Below, piece by piece: positions 39,040-44,291 of a stretch of DNA of 44,291 nt (positions within the stretch are counted from its first letter, which is position 1; each line of letters opens with the position of its first letter). A program made the position numbers and the translations under genes. Source of the DNA: an uncultured bacterium. Its GTDB lineage: Bacteria > Electryoneota > AABM5-125-24 > Hatepunaeales > Hatepunaeaceae. The notes under the pieces are model-generated. The model was not told where the DNA came from. It did not search any database and was given only the letters and a program-made list of their open reading frames with translations. Location: the NCBI GenBank assembly GCA_964484805.1, contig CAZAGU010000004.1, positions 1 through 44,291 on the forward strand, written 5' to 3'.

Positions 39040-39990
39040 ATGAAGTTTTCTAAACTCGCCGTGTTTCTTCTTATTGTTGCGTTCGCTGCAGGGTGCGCCA
39101 AGAAAGGCAATCTGCCGAACACAGCTCAGGACATAGCCTTTGGCGTGCTGCCTGTTATGCAAGCTTTGCCGTTGTTCATCGCTCAGGAAAAGGGATATTA
39201 TGACCAGTCGGTCATCAATGTGAAGGTTGTTCCTTTCAACACTGCCGCTGAAAAAGACATCGCAATGTCCACCGGAAACATCGTCGGACAGTTTGCCGAC
39301 CTCTTCACTCCGGTTGTAATCGAGGGCAATGGTCGCAACATCACCATCGTTGCCACCAACTACAACACCACCTTCGACCGCCGCATGTTTGCGGTGTTAG
39401 CTTCACCCAAGAGCAGTTTTGTTGCTGTGTCCAATCTTGCCGGCATTCCCATTGGATTGTCGAGTAATACAGTGTTAGATTACGTTACTGAGACTTTACT
39501 TGTTCGGGGTGGTTTGCCTATAGATCAGGTTGAGCGTGTCGAAGTGAAAAACATTGGCATGAGATTCCAGATGCTAATGTCCGGACAGATCCAAGCCGCC
39601 ACATTGCCAGAACCGCTGGTCACTGCGGCTGTTGCTCAAGGCGCAACCGTCATTGTTGACGATGCAGGTTTCGCCGCCAGCCAGACAGTGCTGTTGTTTA
39701 CTGATGAATTTGCCCAGCAGCACCCGAAAGAGATCAAGGCATTCCTCGTTGCTGTTCAGAAGGCTCAGAATTTCATCAACGAGCACCCCGATTCTACCAG
39801 AACCTACATGGTGAAATATGTTCGGCTTCCAGATCCACTAAAGGACAAATACCCTGTGCCACGCTTCCCGCCATTAACCGTTCCCGGCGAAAAGGAAATG
39901 ACTGAAGCTGTGGATTGGCTACACCAGAAAGGCGCTATTCCTAAGATACTGACATACAAAGACTTAGTTGATGGCTCATTCCTCCCCTGA
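39040..39990 (+). CDS. NitT/TauT/SsuA-type ABC substrate-binding lipoprotein
   Basis: GGAG RBS before ATG 39040, lipobox AAGC, and LPLFIAQEKGY and GQIQAATLPEP motifs. Confidence 0.88.
   Translation: MKFSKLAVFLLIVAFAAGCAKKGNLPNTAQDIAFGVLPVMQALPLFIAQEKGYYDQSVINVKVVPFNTAAEKDIAMSTGNIVGQFADLFTPVVIEGNGRNITIVATNYNTTFDRRMFAVLASPKSSFVAVSNLAGIPIGLSSNTVLDYVTETLLVRGGLPIDQVERVEVKNIGMRFQMLMSGQIQAATLPEPLVTAAVAQGATVIVDDAGFAASQTVLLFTDEFAQQHPKEIKAFLVAVQKAQNFINEHPDSTRTYMVKYVRLPDPLKDKYPVPRFPPLTVPGEKEMTEAVDWLHQKGAIPKILTYKDLVDGSFLP
39197..39215. promoter_or_regulatory. Intragenic copy of the TetR-type operator
   Basis: ATTATGACCAGTCGGTCAT is identical over 19 bp to 38917-38935 and lies 280 bp downstream of it. 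Confidence 0.7.
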
Positions 39991-40732
39991 TCTGCTTACT
40001 GTAAGCAATGTCTGCAAAACCTACAGCAACGGCAATGAAACCGTTGAGGCTGTGAGCAATATCTCTCTTGCCTTGCCGACTGGTGATTCCATCGCCCTTG
40101 TCGGGCAATCCGGCTGTGGGAAATCTACCTTGCTGTTATTGTTGGCAGGGCTTGAAGCGGTCAACGAGGGGCGCATACTATTCGAAGACAAGCCCATTTT
40201 AGATCATCGCCGCGAGATTGCCCTTGTGTTGCAGGATTATGGGCTTTTCCCTTGGAAAAGTGTCCAGAAAAACGTCGAACTTGGGCTGAAAATCCGCAGT
40301 GTGGACAACGCCACCGCCAGAATCAGCGACATTTTAACCGAACTGGGCATAGGCGACAAAGCCAAAGTCTATCCCCAGCAGCTTTCCGGCGGTCAGAAAC
40401 AACGAGTCGCCTTGGCTCGCGCAATGGTGCTGAAACCGCGCCTGCTCTTGCTTGATGAGCCATTCGCGGCTCTCGACACTCTAACCCGCGAACGCCTGCA
40501 AGACCTGTTGCTTGAATCATGGGCGCGCTCAAAATTTGGAATGATACTCGCCACCCACAATGTTCAGGAAGCCGTCATGCTCGGTCGCAGAATAGTAGTG
40601 ATGACCAAATCGCCCGGACGCATCACCGACATCATCGACAATCCTCACTGCGGTGAGTTCGATTTCCGCGGTAGCGATCTGTTTTACCAGCAAACTCGCA
40701 CAGTCCGGCACAGCCTTGAGGCGGCAGAATGA
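39968..40732 (+). CDS. NitT/TauT-type ABC ATPase
   Basis: GQSGCGKST, LFPWKSV..NV, YPQQLSGGQKQR and LLDEPFAALD motifs. Confidence 0.93.
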   Translation: MMAHSSPDLLTVSNVCKTYSNGNETVEAVSNISLALPTGDSIALVGQSGCGKSTLLLLLAGLEAVNEGRILFEDKPILDHRREIALVLQDYGLFPWKSVQKNVELGLKIRSVDNATARISDILTELGIGDKAKVYPQQLSGGQKQRVALARAMVLKPRLLLLDEPFAALDTLTRERLQDLLLESWARSKFGMILATHNVQEAVMLGRRIVVMTKSPGRITDIIDNPHCGEFDFRGSDLFYQQTRTVRHSLEAAE

Positions 40733-41469
40733 AACAATGGCGCGAATACACTTTCGCTGTGGTTGCGACTCTGGTTGTCTGGCAGATGCTTGCCATGCTC
40801 ACAGGCAAGTTTGTCATTGCACCGCCGCTGGCAGTCGCCTCGCTACTATTCACCGAGCTTCAGACGGTAGTTTTCTGGCATCACCTCAGCATGTCACTCT
40901 TCAGAATCGTCTCGGCGCTTTCGCTGGCGTTCATAACTGCCGTGCCTTTCGGGCTATTTCTTGGCTTGAGCGCGCGCGCTGACCGACTGGCGAAGCCGTT
41001 CATCTACCTCTCCTATCCCCTGCCGAAAATTGTGCTGTTGCCTGTCGTCATGTTGATCTTCGGGCTTGGTGAAGTCAGCAAGATCGTGATGCTCTGGATG
41101 ATCTTGTTTTTTCAGTTGTTAATCACCACTCGCGATGCCGCCCGCTCAGTTTCAAAATCCGCCCGCTACTCCCTGCTCAGTCTTGGCGGTGGTAAACGGC
41201 ATCTTTTTGTGCATGTCATTTTTCCATCCTGCCTGCCTTCAATTCTTACCGCGCTTCGCATCACAACCGGAACCGTGGTCGCGGTGCTTTTCTTTGTGGA
41301 ATCCATCGGAACGAGCTGGGGCATGGGATTTTACATCATTGATGCCTGGGGACGCGGGAATATCACGCAAATTTTCGTCGGCATGGTTGTACTTGCGGGG
41401 ATTGGCATCATACTTTATGAGCTGTTCGACATTTTTGAACGCATTTTTTGCAAATGGACTAAACTTTGA
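40729..41469 (+). CDS. NitT/TauT-type ABC permease
   Basis: HL..SL.RI, YPLPKIVLLP, VIFPSCLPSILTALR and GMG..I motifs. Confidence 0.92.
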   Translation: MKQWREYTFAVVATLVVWQMLAMLTGKFVIAPPLAVASLLFTELQTVVFWHHLSMSLFRIVSALSLAFITAVPFGLFLGLSARADRLAKPFIYLSYPLPKIVLLPVVMLIFGLGEVSKIVMLWMILFFQLLITTRDAARSVSKSARYSLLSLGGGKRHLFVHVIFPSCLPSILTALRITTGTVVAVLFFVESIGTSWGMGFYIIDAWGRGNITQIFVGMVVLAGIGIILYELFDIFERIFCKWTKL

Positions 41470-42194
41470 ACGATAAACCCCTCGCTGAGTGGTCAGATTC
41501 CGAACGGATTGACACCGTTAAAAAGATTTTCAACGAGATCACGCCAGATTACGACCGCATGAACCGCATCATGTCCGCCCGGCAAGATGTTCTCTGGCGT
41601 AAATTCCTCGTCAAACGCATCGACAAGAACGCCCAGAATCTGCTCGATGTCGCCACCGGTACTGGAGATATCGCACTCGATCTGGCGAAAGCTTTCCCCA
41701 CGGCGCAAGTCATCGGTTCAGACTTCGTGCGGCGGATGATGGACGTGGCGCTGGTTAAAACGGGTGAACGCAAACTGTCAGACCGCGTGTTTTACGCCGC
41801 TGGCGATGCCATGCTCCTCCCTTTTGAAGACAACCTCTTCGACGCGGCGACCATCGCCTTCGGAATGCGGAACATCCCAAACCGGCTCGGCGCCCTGGTG
41901 GAAATGGCGCGTGTCGTCAAACCCGGCGGCAAAGTGCTCGTACTGGAAATGACCTTCCCGCGCAACCTGAGAATGCGGAAATTTTTCTTCTGGTATCTGA
42001 ATAATATCATCCCGCTGCTTGGGCGCATCATCGCCCGCAACAACGCCGCCTATAGCTACCTTCCTGAGTCAATCCAAGGCTTTCTCCATCCTGATGAACT
42101 GAGCGACCTGTTCACCCAAGCCGGCATGACTGAAGTCCGCGCCTTTCCGCTGACCTTCGGCATAACATACCTCCATGAAGGAGTTGTAGTGTGA
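41466..42194 (+). CDS. menG: Demethylmenaquinone methyltransferase (MenG/UbiE)
   Basis: F..I...YDRMN..MS..QD..WR, LDVATGTGDIA, FDAATIAFGMRN, RVVKPGG and AYSYLPESI motifs. Confidence 0.9.
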   Translation: MNDKPLAEWSDSERIDTVKKIFNEITPDYDRMNRIMSARQDVLWRKFLVKRIDKNAQNLLDVATGTGDIALDLAKAFPTAQVIGSDFVRRMMDVALVKTGERKLSDRVFYAAGDAMLLPFEDNLFDAATIAFGMRNIPNRLGALVEMARVVKPGGKVLVLEMTFPRNLRMRKFFFWYLNNIIPLLGRIIARNNAAYSYLPESIQGFLHPDELSDLFTQAGMTEVRAFPLTFGITYLHEGVVV

Positions 42195-43081
42195 CGCGGC
42201 TGAAGTATTGGGTTCAGGCGAGTCGCGCCAAGTTTTTCATCGCGACCATCATCCCGCTGGCGTTAGGCGGAACCATCGCCGCTAAAGCCGGCGCGTGGGA
42301 TGCAGGGCTATGGATGGTCATCTTTCTGGCATCGTTTCTGGTGCATCTCAACACCAATCTCGCCAACGATTTTTTCGAGCTTGACACAGGCGTTGACGGC
42401 GGCAATTCCATCGGCGGAAGCCGGGTCATTCAAGAGGGCAAGATTTCATCCTCCGAGATTCGCAATTTCATGCTCATCGCCTATTTTATCTCGCTGTTGT
42501 GCGGGTTGTATCTGCTCTGGGAGACGCGCCTGTGGTGGCTAATCGGGGTGATGCTGCTCTCGTTCTTCTCGAGCCTGTTTTACACCGCGCCGCCGATCAG
42601 ATATGGCTATCATGGCATGGGCGAGCTTATGGTTGGGCTGAACATGGGGCCCATCATGGTCGCGGGCACGGCTTCAACGCTGATCGGACGGTGGTATATG
42701 CCATCGCTGTGGATTTCGTTGCCGATTGGGATTTTAGTCGCCTTTATCCTGTATTATCAATCGCTTTCGGACATTGACGATGACCGCCGCGTGAACAAGC
42801 GCACGATTGCGGTTCGGCTGGGGCGTGAGAATATCCTCATCGTCTATTGGATGTTTGCCATTGGCACATCGCTGTCGATAGTAACGCTGTTTATTTTTGG
42901 ATATGTTCATCCGGTGGCTTTGCTGTCGGCGGTTACACCCTATATATTGAAAGACTTAGCCGGCGAAATCAAGACCACGCGCGACATCCGGTCGCTCCAC
43001 GACAAAGGCAAACCCATCCGCCAGTTCTACGTCATCAACGGCATGATCCTCATCTTTTCGGTGATGCTGAAGTTGGGATAA
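42191..43081 (+). CDS. menA: 1,4-dihydroxy-2-naphthoate prenyltransferase (MenA/UbiA family)
   Basis: W..ASR, NLANDFF....GVD, GGSRVI, YTAPP...GYHGMGE and DIDDD...NKRTIAVRLG motifs. Confidence 0.85.
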   Translation: MTRLKYWVQASRAKFFIATIIPLALGGTIAAKAGAWDAGLWMVIFLASFLVHLNTNLANDFFELDTGVDGGNSIGGSRVIQEGKISSSEIRNFMLIAYFISLLCGLYLLWETRLWWLIGVMLLSFFSSLFYTAPPIRYGYHGMGELMVGLNMGPIMVAGTASTLIGRWYMPSLWISLPIGILVAFILYYQSLSDIDDDRRVNKRTIAVRLGRENILIVYWMFAIGTSLSIVTLFIFGYVHPVALLSAVTPYILKDLAGEIKTTRDIRSLHDKGKPIRQFYVINGMILIFSVMLKLG

Positions 43082-43150
43082 TGGGGAATTTAAAGGGAAA
43101 ATAGTTCTCAAATTCTAAATACTTTTAAATTTTGTATCAGGAGCCCAACC

Positions 43151-43900
43151 ATGTTTAAAAACATTCTTCAAGTTTTAGGTAAAATAGCGTTGCTGTTTTG
43201 CATAGTATTAGTCATTAAGTTAATAAACACTGGACTGAAGACAATTTACCCGATTCAGTATATGTATGATTGGGTGAGAATGACTATAGGTTTATCGCTG
43301 GAGATGGTCTTCGGCGTTGCCGTGATTGCTATCCTCTCAAAGGGCAAATATTCTGACTGGGGTTTTAGAAAATGCAAGTTCAACGTCTGTCTGAAAGCCT
43401 TTGGCTGGGCACTGATTCTGTCTTTGATTGAGTGTGTAATTGTAATCACACTTGTTTTCTTTCTCTTTCACATTGGCAGTTTCAGTTACACCTACCGTTA
43501 CACACCCGAAGAATACCCGTCCTTCGCCTATTTTGTGATTTTAATAACAGTTATTGCGCCACCTGCTGAAGAAATTCTGTTCAGAGGCTTTTTTTAGACA
43601 TTTCTTCGCTCGGTTAATATTTTCACCGTCACCATTTTTCGCAAAACGCTGTCCTTCCCGGTAATTTTCACAGCGTTTTCCTTCGCCTTAGTGCATATCT
43701 CAAACTTCCGACATGCAGAAATTTTGCTATTCGTATTTTTCATCACAAACGTATTTATACATGCACTTTTCTTCGGTTACTTTCGGGAGAAATCCGGCAG
43801 TTTGCTTCCTTCAATAATTATGCACTCGACAACAAATCTGTTTTTATTCTTTCTGCTGTATCAAATGGTTTATGTGTTCGAGCATTTTTATCATGCTTAA
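43151..43900 (+). pseudogene. CPBP (Abi/CAAX) protease interrupted by an in-frame TAG at 43595-43597
   Basis: EEILFRGFF*TFLR... continues in the same frame through FALVH and SGSLLPSIIMH to TAA at 43900. Confidence 0.82.
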
Positions 43901-43910
43901 GGGAGAGCGT

Positions 43911-43965
43911 CAACCGCTCCCAACCACGTCGTACCGACGAAAGTCGGTACCCAGTTTTGATTTTC
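43911..43965. repeat. 55-bp direct repeat, copy 1 (contains a REP-like hairpin)
   Basis: Identical to 44237-44291; internal GTACCGAC-GAAA-GTCGGTAC hairpin. Confidence 0.9.
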
Positions 43966-43982
43966 AGTTATTCCTTCCTTCT

Positions 43983-44134
43983 GTCATTCCAGCGAAGGCT
44001 GGAATCCAGTGCTTTAAAAACGTCCAACCAGTTGTTATTCTTTAAAATTAGTATTCACAACAGATTTAACAGATTGAACAGATTGGGGAGAAAACAATTT
44101 AAATGCGATGGATACCTGCCTTCGCAGGTATGAC
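43983..44134. repeat. Inverted pair of GTCAT-type REP hairpins enclosing a 9-bp tandem repeat
   Basis: GTCATTCCAGCGAAGGCTGGAATCCAG (43983-44009), inverted TGGATACCTGCCTTCGCAGGTATGAC (44109-44134), and (AACAGATTK)3 at 44059-44085. Confidence 0.75.
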
Positions 44135-44179
44135 AGCGGACGTTGTCCGCTGTGGGTCAAGCCAGACATGTTTCGCCCA

Positions 44180-44208
44180 GCATTCCCACGCTGGAGCGTG
44201 GGAACGAG
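44180..44208. repeat. REP-like hairpin of another family
   Basis: GCATTCCCACGCTGGAGCGTGGGAACGAG, with stem TTCCCACGCT/AGCGTGGGAA. Confidence 0.72.
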
Positions 44209-44236
44209 TATAAACGCCATCAATCATGGATCTCGC

Positions 44237-44291
44237 CAACCGCTCCCAACCACGTCGTACCGACGAAAGTCGGTACCCAGTTTTGATTTTC
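44237..44291. repeat. 55-bp direct repeat, copy 2 (reaches the window end)
   Basis: Identical to 43911-43965, 326 bp downstream. Confidence 0.9.

Noticed and set aside
904-42777. Numerous antisense or alternate-frame ORFs (e.g. 904-1506, 6468-7097, 28705-29319, 38038-38499)
   Set aside because: They are shadows of well-supported genes and have no motifs or RBS.
43595-43597. Genome-wide TAG recoding
   Set aside because: purB, pstA and phoU end normally at TAG.
44035-44223. 62-aa ORF on the - strand
   Set aside because: It is the translation of REP-like repeats (LVPTLQRGN, SVQSVKSV), a typical spurious ORF.
43911-44291. Possible CRISPR array
   Set aside because: Only two 55-bp copies separated by 271 bp that are themselves repeats, and no cas genes.
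1-44291. tRNA, rRNA, integrase, transposase or defence-system genes
   Set aside because: None could be recognised in the sequence or the ORF track.

Overview
Bacterial chromosomal window, probably from an FCB-type lineage (Calditrichota/Electryoneota-like; inferred only from a large acidic T9SS-sorted protein). From left to right it holds: a minus-strand housekeeping run (ecfT-truA-tal-degP-like-purB-purC-psd-pssA-purS-purQ-tatC-tatA/B); a complete phosphate locus (phoB-phoR-porin-pstSCAB-phoU) with Pho-box-like repeats; a signalling neighbourhood (receiver-PAS-PP2C phosphatase, His-less pseudokinase, HDOD protein, single-domain response regulator) around a 1.3-kaa T9SS cargo gene; an internally duplicated CPBP protease; a cation antiporter, pgi, a D-cysteine desulfhydrase-family gene, pdxST and a GGQ-less baeRF protein; a TetR gene with a NitT/TauT-type ABC transporter-menG-menA operon; a nonsense-interrupted CPBP gene; and a mosaic of REP-like repeats. 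Two things stand out. (1) An ORF-free stretch of about 420 nt (26112-26528, + strand) folds by eye into one nested multi-branched structure with a 7-bp kissing loop, just downstream of a TATAAT box. It is a candidate large ncRNA that I could not assign to a known family. (2) The ABC-menG-menA operon looks like a menaquinone-precursor salvage system, with four copies of a TetR-type operator, one of them inside a gene. All calls were made by reading the sequence; no searches or folding programs were run.
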